From: a virus
Taxonomy: Duplodnaviria > Caudoviricetes
Reading direction: 5' to 3' (one strand)
DNA: 58,119 bases
IMG/VR virus record: IMGVR_UViG_3300046167_000289
Span: 1-58,119 of that record
The position numbers and the translations under genes are program-made. Positions 46,106-56,994 of the stretch are shown here, in pieces. Position 1 is the first letter of the stretch; each line of letters opens with the position of its first letter. The notes under the pieces are model-generated. The model saw only the letters and a list, made by a program, of their open reading frames with translations. It made no database searches and was not told the origin of the DNA.

Positions 46106-46106
46106 A

Positions 46107-46652
46107 TTATTTAATTAAGATTTGTTTAACTTGTTTTGACATAGTGTATCTTGCTTCTACTGCTTCCATAGAACCTCCATCCTTTAAGTATTTCTTTACT
46201 TTATCAAACTCACTACTTGTTTGTGTTAATACAGTCTTAGTACTCTTAGAATGATTGTTTGTAGCATCACTATCTTTAGTATCATCTAATAACAATAAGT
46301 TACCTAAAGCATACTTCTTAGCATAAGATGAGGCAGCTCCTGTTCTCTGTGGCATCTGCATACCTTTAGATTGGAAGTCTATAATAGCTTGTGCAGTAGA
46401 TGATACTGAACTCTCTCTATCTATAGACTCAATGTCTATAATCTTAGCTTCTGAATCTACACAAACGTGGTCTCCTAACTGAACTAACTTATCGTTAATC
46501 TTAAATACTACCTTATACTTCTCTTCGTATGGTTTAATCGCTTCTAAGATGTCTTCTGCTGAACGATAGTTGTACTTACCAAAATTGTTTCTTTGGTTCT
46601 TAGGTGCTTTTAGCTCTAATTGGATTCTCTGTAATTTTTCTAAAATGGTCAT
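46107..46652 (-). CDS. erf: ERF-family recombinase
   Basis: Identical protein to 9156-9701. Confidence 0.9.
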   Translation of the reverse strand: MTILEKLQRIQLELKAPKNQRNNFGKYNYRSAEDILEAIKPYEEKYKVVFKINDKLVQLGDHVCVDSEAKIIDIESIDRESSVSSTAQAIIDFQSKGMQMPQRTGAASSYAKKYALGNLLLLDDTKDSDATNNHSKSTKTVLTQTSSEFDKVKKYLKDGGSMEAVEARYTMSKQVKQILIK

Positions 46653-46655
46653 AAT

Positions 46656-46829
46656 TTACTCGGTTTTTAATAATTCGTTTTTAACTATTTGTTTGTACTC
46701 TTGTGGGCAATCCTTATCTGTTAGTTCAAAGATGTAGGTTTCATATTCACCTACCTTAGTCTCTAATTCAAATAATCTTTTCTGTAATGCAGTAATCTGT
46801 GCATTTTTAAAATCTATTAAGTCTTTCAT
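46656..46829 (-). CDS. Hypothetical protein (57 aa)
   Basis: Copy of 9705-9878. Confidence 0.65.
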   Translation of the reverse strand: MKDLIDFKNAQITALQKRLFELETKVGEYETYIFELTDKDCPQEYKQIVKNELLKTE

Positions 46830-46832
46830 TGT

Positions 46833-47015
46833 TTAGTTGTTTATGTTTACGTTTAATCCTAAGTAGTTTCTTGTACCTCTTTCTGGTATCTTTACTTGGT
46901 AGTTGATTCTAATATCAGTTAAATTACTGTCTTGTTCTAAATGATACTCTATCTGTTTCCTTAACTTCTCCCAAGCAGAGTCGTTTATCTTCGTAGTACT
47001 TTCCATTGTTCCCAA
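46833..47015 (-). CDS. Hypothetical protein
   Basis: Homologue of 9882-10067; true start probably MESTTK. Confidence 0.7.
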   Translation of the reverse strand: MGTMESTTKINDSAWEKLRKQIEYHLEQDSNLTDIRINYQVKIPERGTRNYLGLNVNINN

Positions 47016-47170
47016 AAGTTTTTAAGTTTGTTAATAAATGATTTATTTGTTTTATTATACACCTGCTCTTCAAATTGCTCCCAATCAGCAAAGTCAGCGT
47101 GTTCTTTACATCTATTGCAAATATCGGTTTCCCATAATCTACTTGCACCACAACAATTTGATTGTTCCAT
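46985..47170 (-). CDS. Small Zn-finger-like protein, copy B only
   Basis: SNCCGA...ICNRCKEH. Confidence 0.7.
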   Translation of the reverse strand: MEQSNCCGASRLWETDICNRCKEHADFADWEQFEEQVYNKTNKSFINKLKNFWEQWKVLRR

Positions 47171-47316
47171 AATACTTTATTTAATAATTACTCTGCAAAC
47201 ATACAAATAATTATTTAAATAAAATGTTAAAGAAATGTTAAAGTTAAAAAAGGAGAGGCTTTTACACCTCTCCATCATTAAAAACAAACATATAATAATA
47301 AAAACAAAAAAGAAAA

Positions 47317-47772
47317 TTAAACGCAAATAAACTCAGGGTCTTTTAAATAGTTATCTGTATCGAAGTATATCCAATCATTAGTAACTTGTATTCTTTCTAT
47401 TCCATATTGAATAAGACCCCTAATCATCTTAAACCTCTTAGTCTTGTTGATACACCTAAACCTAATTGACTTACCAACTCTATGACCACTATTACTCGGT
47501 AGTGCTATCTTATCAGCATAAGTCTTACTCGTATACCCTTGAAGTATGAATCCTGACATTCTATCTTTCCTAAATACCTCATCTAATATGAAAACTGGTT
47601 CACTTTCCATAAAGTATTTTCCACTACCCAATTTGTCAGGACTATCAAACATACTCCACTTCAAAACAGATAAACCTTCGCAATCCATTTCTTCAGTATA
47701 GGAATCAGTATAATCAACCTTATGTAAAGAAAAACTATATTGTTTTCTTTTATATTCCTTAGACATATACAA
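47317..47772 (-). CDS. Degenerate peptidase M15-like protein
   Basis: Copy of 10235-10690. Confidence 0.65.
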   Translation of the reverse strand: MYMSKEYKRKQYSFSLHKVDYTDSYTEEMDCEGLSVLKWSMFDSPDKLGSGKYFMESEPVFILDEVFRKDRMSGFILQGYTSKTYADKIALPSNSGHRVGKSIRFRCINKTKRFKMIRGLIQYGIERIQVTNDWIYFDTDNYLKDPEFICV

Positions 47773-47999
47773 ATATAATCATTATAGGACAAATAAAAAA
47801 CTCTTTGTTAATAAGTATGTATTTTTTTTTATTGAATAGGGGTCAGATGTCTTATATTTATTTTTATACTATAATAGTATTATTTTTAATATAATATTAA
47901 TTATTATTATTATTTTTTTATAACTATTTTTATAATAGTGAAGTATTAATAAATTACAAAGTTATATATTTTTTTTTAAATAACCTAATAAAATATAAT

Positions 48000-48392
48000 T
48001 TATTTTTTAAACGTAATGTTACCTGCTATCTTTTCAGCACTTCGACCAACTACATAACCACCGATACCTAACTGTAATAAGTTCCAAAACTCATTCTCTA
48101 AAGGAGGAATAGGTAAGTTAAATAAAGGTGCAATAAATTTAACGTAGATAACTATAAAACCAAATGCTAACATAAGTATTGGTCGCCAACTTCTCTGTAA
48201 CCAATTACCATTTGCTTCTGTAACAATGATTTCTGTTTGTAGTTTCTGTAATTCTAATTGTTGTTCTTGTAGTACCTTGAATATTTCATTCTTGGCTTTT
48301 AAGCGTTCTTCTTCTGTGGTAAATAGTTTGTCTATCGCATTACCTATTTCTTTAATTACACCACCAGTAAACCAATTTAGTATCTTTTTCAT
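48000..48392 (-). CDS. Holin-like protein (3TM type)
   Basis: Copy of 10918-11310. Confidence 0.8.
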   Translation of the reverse strand: MKKILNWFTGGVIKEIGNAIDKLFTTEEERLKAKNEIFKVLQEQQLELQKLQTEIIVTEANGNWLQRSWRPILMLAFGFIVIYVKFIAPLFNLPIPPLENEFWNLLQLGIGGYVVGRSAEKIAGNITFKK

Positions 48393-48437
48393 CTGTATAA
48401 GTTTAGTTATTTACCCTTGTTCGATTAACGAGAGTAA

Positions 48438-48575
48438 TTACTCCCATCGTACTTGTATTTGACCAAAGAATAAAAACAGATTAAGTTCTGAATATTCAAA
48501 TCCTTTCTCTGGTTCGTGATACTGCCATCCCAACATCATTGCGTTAGGCACTAATAAAATTAAGTTTATTTCCAT
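48438..48575 (-). CDS. Hypothetical protein (45 aa)
   Basis: Copy of 11356-11493. Confidence 0.55.
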   Translation of the reverse strand: MEINLILLVPNAMMLGWQYHEPEKGFEYSELNLFLFFGQIQVRWE

Positions 48576-48776
48576 AATAACTTTTAGTTATAACTATTGG
48601 TTAATATAATCTTGATTTCTTATCATATTAAATCCCTTTTGTAAAGAGAATTAATTTTTTTATACTTAATACTATTATTAATAACCAACCAAATAAAATT
48701 AGTAGGTTTGGATATTTAACACAGTCAGTTCTTATGATTGCCCCCATAATAAACATAACCGTATGAAATAATCCTC

Positions 48777-49103
48777 TTAATATGTCCAAATTACTTCACT
48801 AGATTTTTCTTTATCATCATCTACGTGAATAAATGAACTTGCAACACCTATTCTATTAAAGCCGACACTTATAAGAGCGTTTAAGACAATATATCTTGTA
48901 CTACTATCGTTTGCCCTTATATCTACTGCAAGTCCTTTTAAATGGCTTGAATTAGGTTTCCCACCAACACGAGCATTTTGGTCTGGATTTCTGTAAGCAG
49001 AATTAATTGTAAAAGGTATGTTAGCCAACTCTCTTGCCTTATCTAATTTAGCAAGAAAGTCAGCATCCATTTTATACTCTATTTCTTTAAAGTATTTACT
49101 CAC
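48777..49103 (-). CDS. Endolysin, peptidase M15
   Basis: SAYR, SSHLKGLAVD, FIHVD Zn-ligand motifs intact. Confidence 0.9.
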   Translation of the reverse strand: MSKYFKEIEYKMDADFLAKLDKARELANIPFTINSAYRNPDQNARVGGKPNSSHLKGLAVDIRANDSSTRYIVLNALISVGFNRIGVASSFIHVDDDKEKSSEVIWTY

Positions 49104-49245
49104 TCTTATTTTTTAAGTTAAAAATCTTTAGAACTGTATATGCAATAGACACCACTAAAAGCGTTAATTTTAGCCATTGCTCTGCATCAGAGAAACTTAC
49201 TGTAAAAGTAAGGAAATTTATAAACGCTAATTTTAGGTCTTGCAT
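49096..49245 (-). CDS. Small holin candidate (49 aa)
   Basis: Two hydrophobic segments, basic C-terminus, overlaps the endolysin start. Confidence 0.6.
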   Translation of the reverse strand: MQDLKLAFINFLTFTVSFSDAEQWLKLTLLVVSIAYTVLKIFNLKNKSE

Positions 49246-49254
49246 ATCCACTTT

Positions 49255-49656
49255 TTACAACTTTAATGAATCATAGCTTAACCCAAAGAAAGAATGTACT
49301 CCATCACCCTCGATTTCTACTGCGTAAGATTTCCAACCATAAGGATGGTCTACTGATGTTACCTCTGGTGTTACAATCATACCCTCATCATCTAAAACAG
49401 CTTCTTCTTCTACTGTTGTGATTTCTGCATCATCCCAAGCAACATCTAAATGCCATTTGTCAGATAATACTGGAGCAGTAATTTCTTCGCCCTCTTCATC
49501 GTATTCTCCTTGTTCTAAAACGATGTTACCTAATTGTACAATAGTACTTTTGTGAGTTGGATATTCGTTTCCGTTTTCATCTGTTGCAGTTCCTAAAGCA
49601 TCAATCTTTTCTTGTGCTTGTTCTTTTGAGTTAAACTCGTATTTTGAAATTCTCAT
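49255..49656 (-). CDS. Acidic tail-fibre-associated protein
   Basis: Copy of 12176-12577. Confidence 0.7.
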   Translation of the reverse strand: MRISKYEFNSKEQAQEKIDALGTATDENGNEYPTHKSTIVQLGNIVLEQGEYDEEGEEITAPVLSDKWHLDVAWDDAEITTVEEEAVLDDEGMIVTPEVTSVDHPYGWKSYAVEIEGDGVHSFFGLSYDSLKL

Positions 49657-49666
49657 TGTATATAAT

Positions 49667-50854
49667 TTATATTGTTGTTAATGTAATTGCTTCTGCATCT
49701 GTAAAACCATTGTTATAAAGTTTCCAATCTTTTATTTTCATTTCTGCATCGTAGTTTTCACCAACGTTTAAAATTTCTGATGTTGTACTAAATGTTGTTG
49801 CACTTGCACTTGTCACTGTTGAAACTTGTATACCATTACAAAACACTTTTAAGGTAGTTCCAGTTTTAGTGTATAATAGTTTTCTTCTTAAACCAAAATC
49901 TTGTTCCGACATTGATGGTGTCATATCTACATTAACATTAGCAACACCAGTATATCTAAATTCGTGTGTATTTGAATTTGGAAATTGTATCATATAAAAA
50001 TTTGCGTTGTCATCATCTCTAAAACCAAGTTGATTTCTAAACCCAGAACTATTTCCATTTGGTAATTCATAATCTACAAACATAGCCATATCAGTTAAAC
50101 CAGACATTAAATTATTTTGATTATTAGCTTCTTCTCTCAACCTCGTTACTACACCTCCAGATGTAGGAATATACGATGTAGCGTAACTGCCTTGTTCTGC
50201 TTGAAATCCATATACTAAAATATCAGCAGTATCAACACCACTTGTACCACCTCTTAAACCTAAACCTGCCCAAGCATTTGAAACTCCGTTTCTACTGAAA
50301 GTAAATCTTTTCCATTCCCCAGTTACTATTGTTTCATTACTATCAGCATTTGTATGCCATAATATTTTTTGCTCTGCTCCATTAGTAGATTTCATCCATA
50401 CAGACAAAAACCAATAATTTTGAGCGCCTATGTTTTGTCTTATTACAGTCCTATCACTTGAAGTTGTTCCTCCATTTAAATCAAATTGTATTCTTTGTGC
50501 GTTTTGTGTACCATCTGGACTTATAGCATAATCATTAGTTACAATAGGAGCAATAACAGTTCCAGTAGTAACAAAACCCCAACCAGTTGAACCAAATGTT
50601 TCTGAATTAGTTATTGCATTACTCCTACTCGGCTCTAACAATAAAGCACCTTTAGTATTATCCTTATAATCAACTCTTGGTTCTCCACTACCAACAGTTT
50701 CAATTAAACCATCTTTATTTACAACAGTAGCAGAACTTCCTCTACTAAAGTCAAAAGGTAATGGCTTATAGTTGTTATTTTCTGAATTGTAAGCAAGTAT
50801 AGTATCTTTCTTTCCATACCATTCTCCGTTACCAAATTTTAATGTATTCGCCAT
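49667..50854 (-). CDS. Receptor-binding paralogue 3, allele B
   Basis: N-terminal ~79 aa shared with allele A; middle and C-terminal domains replaced. Confidence 0.75.
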   Translation of the reverse strand: MANTLKFGNGEWYGKKDTILAYNSENNNYKPLPFDFSRGSSATVVNKDGLIETVGSGEPRVDYKDNTKGALLLEPSRSNAITNSETFGSTGWGFVTTGTVIAPIVTNDYAISPDGTQNAQRIQFDLNGGTTSSDRTVIRQNIGAQNYWFLSVWMKSTNGAEQKILWHTNADSNETIVTGEWKRFTFSRNGVSNAWAGLGLRGGTSGVDTADILVYGFQAEQGSYATSYIPTSGGVVTRLREEANNQNNLMSGLTDMAMFVDYELPNGNSSGFRNQLGFRDDDNANFYMIQFPNSNTHEFRYTGVANVNVDMTPSMSEQDFGLRRKLLYTKTGTTLKVFCNGIQVSTVTSASATTFSTTSEILNVGENYDAEMKIKDWKLYNNGFTDAEAITLTTI

Positions 50855-50855
50855 C

Positions 50856-52139
50856 TTATAATGTGTTTAAGTTTAATTCTGTTACTAATTCGTTTAATGA
50901 ACGATAACTTGTTATATATTCTAATTCTTCGTCTGTTAGTGCTATATCGTAGTAGCCAACTTCTTTTGTTTTTCCGTAGAATTCTGATGCTGTTGAAGAA
51001 AAATTTACTTGTTTTAAAACACCATTTGCAAATGTATTACCTACATTATTTGAACCTACCTCAAAACCATTTAAAAATAAACTAAAATCATTTTGTTTGT
51101 ACTTTAAAATTATTTTATTTGATAACGTAGCGTTAAAAGATGTTGCATTAAATAAAAATTGTTCAGTACCATTATTTACTATCGAGTATAAACTACCATC
51201 TCCATTAGCAATCTGTAATCTAACATATTGAGATGCATTTATCCCATTAGATACTTCAATTCTTCTTGTTCCTCCACCAGCACCAGCAAAAGCACTTATA
51301 TCAGCAAACAATACTCCCTCACTATCATTAAACACTTCACTATTACCAGAATCAGTAGCTGTTTCAGCAGCACGTGGTACTGTTGAGCCAGAGGTTGGGA
51401 TGTAGGATGTAGCAAATGAATTGGCTTCAAGCATAGCTCCCCATACATAAACTCCACTTGTTCCGTCTCCTTGATAATTCCTAACCTTATTATCATTTAA
51501 TAAAAATAATTGAAATACATTAATACTTGTAAGTGTTGAATCCGCAGTAAAATTATTAGTTATCTTAAACCAACCATTACCATAATCCTTAATACTTCCA
51601 TTACCATTTAAAACAGTACCATTAAGTATATCAAAATCCGTTAAAGCATCTCCAGAACCAAAAGCACTTGCAAACCTAACATATCTTCTTTCTGCTTTTT
51701 TAACAAATATACTAACACTATAACTAACACCATTTGAAATACTTAAAACATTAGCCAACCTATGAAATGTATTTGTACTATCTTCTTTTAATTTATCAGC
51801 ATTTAAACTGCCATCTGGAGAGATTATGTTGTTACTTGTTATATTTGAATTAGATTTAGTCCAACTACCATTTGACATATCCTCACTATAAGCTACCAAA
51901 TTAGTAGATGCATTCTCTAACAAAAGAACACCATCTGCACTATCTGTATAATCTATTCTTGGTATATCTTTACCTACTACTTCTATTAATCCCTCTTTGT
52001 TTACTCTTGTAGCAATACTATCTCTTTCAAAATTGAAAGGTAGAGGTTTATAGTTTTCGTTCTCTGAATTGTATGCAAGTAAAGAATTTTTCTTCGTTGC
52101 CCAATTTCCGTCTGTTCCTAAATTTAAAGTATTTGCCAT
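50856..52139 (-). CDS. Receptor-binding paralogue 2, allele B
   Basis: 427 aa, intact. Confidence 0.75.
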   Translation of the reverse strand: MANTLNLGTDGNWATKKNSLLAYNSENENYKPLPFNFERDSIATRVNKEGLIEVVGKDIPRIDYTDSADGVLLLENASTNLVAYSEDMSNGSWTKSNSNITSNNIISPDGSLNADKLKEDSTNTFHRLANVLSISNGVSYSVSIFVKKAERRYVRFASAFGSGDALTDFDILNGTVLNGNGSIKDYGNGWFKITNNFTADSTLTSINVFQLFLLNDNKVRNYQGDGTSGVYVWGAMLEANSFATSYIPTSGSTVPRAAETATDSGNSEVFNDSEGVLFADISAFAGAGGGTRRIEVSNGINASQYVRLQIANGDGSLYSIVNNGTEQFLFNATSFNATLSNKIILKYKQNDFSLFLNGFEVGSNNVGNTFANGVLKQVNFSSTASEFYGKTKEVGYYDIALTDEELEYITSYRSLNELVTELNLNTL

Positions 52140-52141
52140 AT

Positions 52142-52684
52142 CTATTTTGTTATATTATATTCTTTTAATTTATCTAATTGCGTCAATGCAAAATTGTATG
52201 CTATTGATGCTCTTTCTTCTGTATCAAAAGAACCTAAATTTACAACCTTTCCATTAACGCTTGTTGTGGCTCTCCATCTATTAATTCCTTTATCATTATA
52301 GTAAACACCTACATATTTACTTGAATAACCTTTTCTATCTTTAGTAGTGTTAACTCTACTTGTTACTATTTGTAGGTTTTCTGCATTATTGTTTAAAGAA
52401 TTATTATCTATATGGTCAACTATTAATTTATGCCCACAAGGTTTGTGATTTAAAAAAGCCATAGCTACTAATTGATGAACTCTAAATTTTCTTCTTGTGT
52501 TATTTTTTGTTAATCCAACAATTGGGTAGCGTTCATTTTTTATATTTGATTTTAATATCATTTCTTTTACAAAATAACCACCATTACCTTTATTATCTAC
52601 CCATCTTTTTAACGATTTAACTCTACCTAAATCACTAACTTGATATTTGCCCTCGTATCCTTTTATGTCTTTCCAATTTTCCAT
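52142..52684 (-). CDS. NUMOD4-HNH-AP2 homing endonuclease, copy B only
   Basis: WKDIKGYEGKYQVSDLGRVKS, VHQLVAMAF, VDHIDNN..NN..ENL, LGSFDTEERA..AY. Confidence 0.9.
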   Translation of the reverse strand: MENWKDIKGYEGKYQVSDLGRVKSLKRWVDNKGNGGYFVKEMILKSNIKNERYPIVGLTKNNTRRKFRVHQLVAMAFLNHKPCGHKLIVDHIDNNSLNNNAENLQIVTSRVNTTKDRKGYSSKYVGVYYNDKGINRWRATTSVNGKVVNLGSFDTEERASIAYNFALTQLDKLKEYNITK

Positions 52685-52719
52685 ATTACTAATATAGTGA
52701 ATTTTTCTTATAATTAATA

Positions 52720-53994
52720 CTATTCAACCGAATATAATTGAGAATTAGCCATATCTTGAAAAGATACCCAAGACGTTAGTGTTTCTAATTCGCTATCTGT
52801 TAATGCAGTATCAAAGTATTGTAGTTGTTTAGTGTTTCCGTAGAAAGGAAAAGAACCAGTAAACTGCTTGAAATCTAAACTATCTAAAGATGAATTACCA
52901 GTTGAACCACTTAATTGCTCATCAACTTTAAATCCATTTACATACAAGTTAAAATCAGAATTCGACCATTTAAAAGATATTTTATTGTAATCAGTAATAT
53001 TAAAATCATCATAAGTAGCAACATAAATTGCAATACTATTATTAATATAAGCAACTTTTATCCTATTACCAGCGTTATCATATCTTAAGAATAATCTTTG
53101 AGAGATGTTTTGGCTGTTATATATCTGTAAATATCTTATAGAACCATCATCAACAAACCCACTTATCTCTGCCATCAAAACACCCTCACTATCATTAAAA
53201 GTAGCTGCATCTCCAGAACCAGTAGCAGTTTCAGCTGAACGAGTAACTGCACTTCCGTTAGTTGGAATGTATGATGTTGGATAAGAACCATTTTCGAATT
53301 GCAAACCAAAAATATATAAACCATCTACACCATTAGCAACCCAATCATCTTGATAACTTTCATTAGTTACTCTAACTGTATAATTACCTACTGAATAAGT
53401 TACGTTTGTAGCAGTTACAGAATATCTATACCAACCATTACCATAACTTTCAACTTTTACTGTTGAATTAGTTGAATGAATAGTACCGTTTGAAGAATCT
53501 CCTTTAACTTCGTGTGCAGTAGTTCCATCATAAAAATATAATCTAAATTTACTATAATTTCCAGCTTTTATAAAAACAGATAATGTATTAGTTCCAGCAG
53601 TTAAAGAAGCATTTTGATATATTTGATGCCTACTATTAGCTGTTGTTGGTCTTAAAAAAGTTCCGTTTAAAACACCGCTTGGAGATATATTTTGATTACT
53701 TATTATATCTAAATTAGTTGATGAATAACCACTCAAATCTTCACTATTTGTAATTAAATTAGTTCTCTGTGGCTCTAAAATATGATGCGGACATCCACTT
53801 ACAACACCATCAATCATTGGATAGTTTAATCTTGATACTCCGTTTCCAACTGTTTCAATCAGTCCATCTTTATTTATTCTTGTTGCTGAACCACTACGTG
53901 AAAAGTCAAAATCCCCTACACCACTTGATGGTAGTACGGAATAAAACTTGCTTCCTTGTGCAGCTGGTATTAATGCTAATTTTGGTTTTGCCAT
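52720..53994 (-). CDS. Receptor-binding paralogue 1
   Basis: Identical protein to 15801-17075. Confidence 0.75.
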   Translation of the reverse strand: MAKPKLALIPAAQGSKFYSVLPSSGVGDFDFSRSGSATRINKDGLIETVGNGVSRLNYPMIDGVVSGCPHHILEPQRTNLITNSEDLSGYSSTNLDIISNQNISPSGVLNGTFLRPTTANSRHQIYQNASLTAGTNTLSVFIKAGNYSKFRLYFYDGTTAHEVKGDSSNGTIHSTNSTVKVESYGNGWYRYSVTATNVTYSVGNYTVRVTNESYQDDWVANGVDGLYIFGLQFENGSYPTSYIPTNGSAVTRSAETATGSGDAATFNDSEGVLMAEISGFVDDGSIRYLQIYNSQNISQRLFLRYDNAGNRIKVAYINNSIAIYVATYDDFNITDYNKISFKWSNSDFNLYVNGFKVDEQLSGSTGNSSLDSLDFKQFTGSFPFYGNTKQLQYFDTALTDSELETLTSWVSFQDMANSQLYSVE

Positions 53995-53999
53995 TGTTT

Positions 54000-54182
54000 T
54001 TAATTTTGTATGTCTTGTATTCCTATTCTATGTATTGAATCAGCTAAACATTTCTTTGCTTCAACTTCTTGTCTATCCTCCATATTAAACTGACCTTGTA
54101 TCATTTCAGTAGATGTCCCTATTGAAGATGCAGTATCAATCGTAACTCCCCACCAAGTACTATCGTATATTTCGTTTGCCAT
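54000..54182 (-). CDS. Small putative virion protein
   Basis: Copy of 17081-17263. Confidence 0.65.
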   Translation of the reverse strand: MANEIYDSTWWGVTIDTASSIGTSTEMIQGQFNMEDRQEVEAKKCLADSIHRIGIQDIQN

Positions 54183-54278
54183 CTTTCTTTTTCTTATCTT
54201 TGTTAAACTCTTTATAAAAACTATTTAACTTTATTATGTTAACTGTTTTTGTTTTATATGTCTTTTTTTTTAAACTCA

Positions 54279-54791
54279 TTACAAAACAAAACTTGAAAAC
54301 TCATTAGCATCCTTATCAGGGTACATATCTCCGTTACTGTTATTATTATACTCAGGATATTTATTACTATTAAAGCAAATGTAATCTAAGAACCTCTTCG
54401 TATAAAACTCAGCTCTATCATTTATCTTACTCATCATTCTATCAACATCACTATAATTAACAGAATCCGAATCTTCCCCTCTATGCTTCGATATACCTCC
54501 ATTATCAATTTTAAACATAGAAAAAGGGAAGTATTCAGCTTGAGTAAACCAAATCAACATTGGCTTAATATAAACGTCTCTAAGGCTCTTATAATCACTA
54601 TTAGCAGGTAAGTCTATATCACCTGATATTATTAAAGCCTGTAACTTGTCGTATAAGTTACCACCTAAATAATTTTGTATGTGTATATCCTGTGCCACTT
54701 CAACAAAGTGAATTAACTTGTCAGCATCAGTACTACCACTAATTATTGACTTAGCTTTTAAATCTTGTATTGTTATGAATAATGCTTTCAT
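54279..54791 (-). CDS. Putative head-tail adaptor
   Basis: Copy of 17360-17872. Confidence 0.6.
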   Translation of the reverse strand: MKALFITIQDLKAKSIISGSTDADKLIHFVEVAQDIHIQNYLGGNLYDKLQALIISGDIDLPANSDYKSLRDVYIKPMLIWFTQAEYFPFSMFKIDNGGISKHRGEDSDSVNYSDVDRMMSKINDRAEFYTKRFLDYICFNSNKYPEYNNNSNGDMYPDKDANEFSSFVL

Positions 54792-56554
54792 ATGCCTAAA
54801 GTCTTTCTTATTTTATTTAAAGTACTTCTATAAGCACCTCTATCTGCTCTATCTATCATTCTTTCACCCATCTCGCTTGGGTTCTTAGGTTCTTTTAAAC
54901 CCTTTCCGTAAGCATTAGATGAATCAACTTGCTTACCATCTTTCTTTTTGTAAACTCTTAACTCCCAATAGTGATGACAGTTCTTACCGCCTTTGTATTT
55001 TAGTAAACTGTAGTTTCTACCTTTATGACCTAACTCTTTGTTTACACCCCTAAAAGACATCATATTAATATCTTCCTTTCTAAATACAACCTTTCTACCT
55101 GTTAATATTTCCATTCTCTTACAGAAATCTCTACTGTTTGGAGACTTTCTCTCTGGCATATAAGCGTATCTAATTTTATACACACCATCGTCTTCAGATG
55201 ACGCTTTATCAGAATACTTGATTTCAGCCATTTTAACGGACTCATTTTCGTCTTGGTATATCTCACTATGGATTACCTCCCAATCATCGCTTAAAACCTC
55301 TCCTAAAGCCTCTAATTGGCTAATCATATCATCACCCTCCTCTTCAGAAAAGTCTTTATTGTCTTCAGCAGATAATTTCTCTCCTGTTTCCTCTTCTTTT
55401 CTAATCTTAGTAGATACGTTGTCTAACTCTGTAAATTCGATTGGTTGTAATGTAACGAAATATAAATCTTGGTATATCTTGTTAAATTCAAGTATCTCTG
55501 TTAATCCATAGATAATACCATCTTGAAATGGTCTGATAATTACGTTATCCATTAATACAGATGCAGTTCTTAATTCTTCTGCATTGTTACCAAAACCTGT
55601 GTTGTCTTTAATACCTAAAAGTATTGGAGATACAATTCCGTGTCCTAACATTATCTTCTCTCTTGCCTCATCAGATAAGAATTGATATTGTGCGTGAGCA
55701 TCTGGTAAGTGTATAGCCTCTATATCAGCTTTAGTTTCTGCTGATTCGTTAAATGCAATAATAGCTTTACCACTATTAGAGCTACCACTAAACTTTTGGT
55801 TAATCTTGCTCTCTATAGACTGTTGAGTCTCAGCATTAGGTATACCATTATTAAAGTTTACAAATAAACTCGGTTGTAATCCATTCTCTATATTCGATAA
55901 ATGATAGTTAGATACTTCTGATTCTAACTCACTATATTGCAAAGATGCTTGATAATCTACTGTAGAGTAGTAATAGAAACCACTTCTGTAAGGTTTAAAC
56001 ACATAAAGTTCGTTTACTTGAGATTTACTACCATTACCAAATGTAGGTATTCTTTTAGGATTATCTGAGTTTTTACAGTCCTTCCAGGATGGATGATAGT
56101 AATAAGCCTTTATAACACCTTTAGTAGCCTTCTCAGCTCTAAGAGTCTCCATAGGAAAGTGAGATACCTTTAGTATTTTTGTTTTAGCTTTGTTGTATGT
56201 TAGTTGCATAACACCTTGACCTAACAACTTGTAATCATTAACAAGTCTCTTAACTTCTCTTGGTCTAAGTAGTTTTTTCATTCTAACATAATCTTCAGGA
56301 AATAAATCTGAATTAGTAGATTCTAAACCTCTACCGTAAATCATATCAACAATACCGTTAATACATCTACCATTAGTAGGACTGTCAAGGTATCTATCTA
56401 TAAGATTATCAAAATAATCGTTATTATCCCCAAATGCAACCCACTCTTTATTGTGAACCTCTTTGATTGTAGGAACTTGGTAAGAAGACATATTGACAAC
56501 TCTAATGCTATCTTTGTATTCTTTACTAACTGTATTTTTCTTATTTGAACTCAT
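54788..56554 (-). CDS. Portal protein
   Basis: Copy of 17869-19635. Confidence 0.8.
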   Translation of the reverse strand: MSSNKKNTVSKEYKDSIRVVNMSSYQVPTIKEVHNKEWVAFGDNNDYFDNLIDRYLDSPTNGRCINGIVDMIYGRGLESTNSDLFPEDYVRMKKLLRPREVKRLVNDYKLLGQGVMQLTYNKAKTKILKVSHFPMETLRAEKATKGVIKAYYYHPSWKDCKNSDNPKRIPTFGNGSKSQVNELYVFKPYRSGFYYYSTVDYQASLQYSELESEVSNYHLSNIENGLQPSLFVNFNNGIPNAETQQSIESKINQKFSGSSNSGKAIIAFNESAETKADIEAIHLPDAHAQYQFLSDEAREKIMLGHGIVSPILLGIKDNTGFGNNAEELRTASVLMDNVIIRPFQDGIIYGLTEILEFNKIYQDLYFVTLQPIEFTELDNVSTKIRKEEETGEKLSAEDNKDFSEEEGDDMISQLEALGEVLSDDWEVIHSEIYQDENESVKMAEIKYSDKASSEDDGVYKIRYAYMPERKSPNSRDFCKRMEILTGRKVVFRKEDINMMSFRGVNKELGHKGRNYSLLKYKGGKNCHHYWELRVYKKKDGKQVDSSNAYGKGLKEPKNPSEMGERMIDRADRGAYRSTLNKIRKTLGI

Positions 56555-56989
56555 TATATTATGTATGTGTTATCATCTACTGTACTGTAAGGCTTGTAAA
56601 TTGTGCCATTACCTATCTCGTGTTTCTCAGTTACTCTTTCAGAAGTAGTCTGAGATGTTGCGTATATCTTATCTCTATACCACAATTTATCATTGTTAGT
56701 TATCTCTAAGTAATAAGTAGAGTCTTCCTCAAGAATTGTTGGACTAAACTTAAGATTAGTAAAGTTTGAGATCACTTGCTATGTAAATAACGTCTAAAAC
56801 CTCTTCTTTACCATCTCCATCTCTCCTTAATTTAATAGAATAATCCATAGTTAGGATAAAATCTAAACAAGTAGATTCTTCAAAAACTCCTCCCTCAGAC
56901 AATACTCTTGCCTTTAGGGTGTTGTTAAAGACACTTCTCGCTGCAATACTAATTGTCTTTTCTCCTAATGTCGGTTCTAATATTAACAT
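56554..56989 (-). CDS. Putative structural protein; 1-nt insertion near 56770, probably an error
   Basis: Intact at 19635-20069. Confidence 0.65.
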
Positions 56990-56994
56990 ACTAT

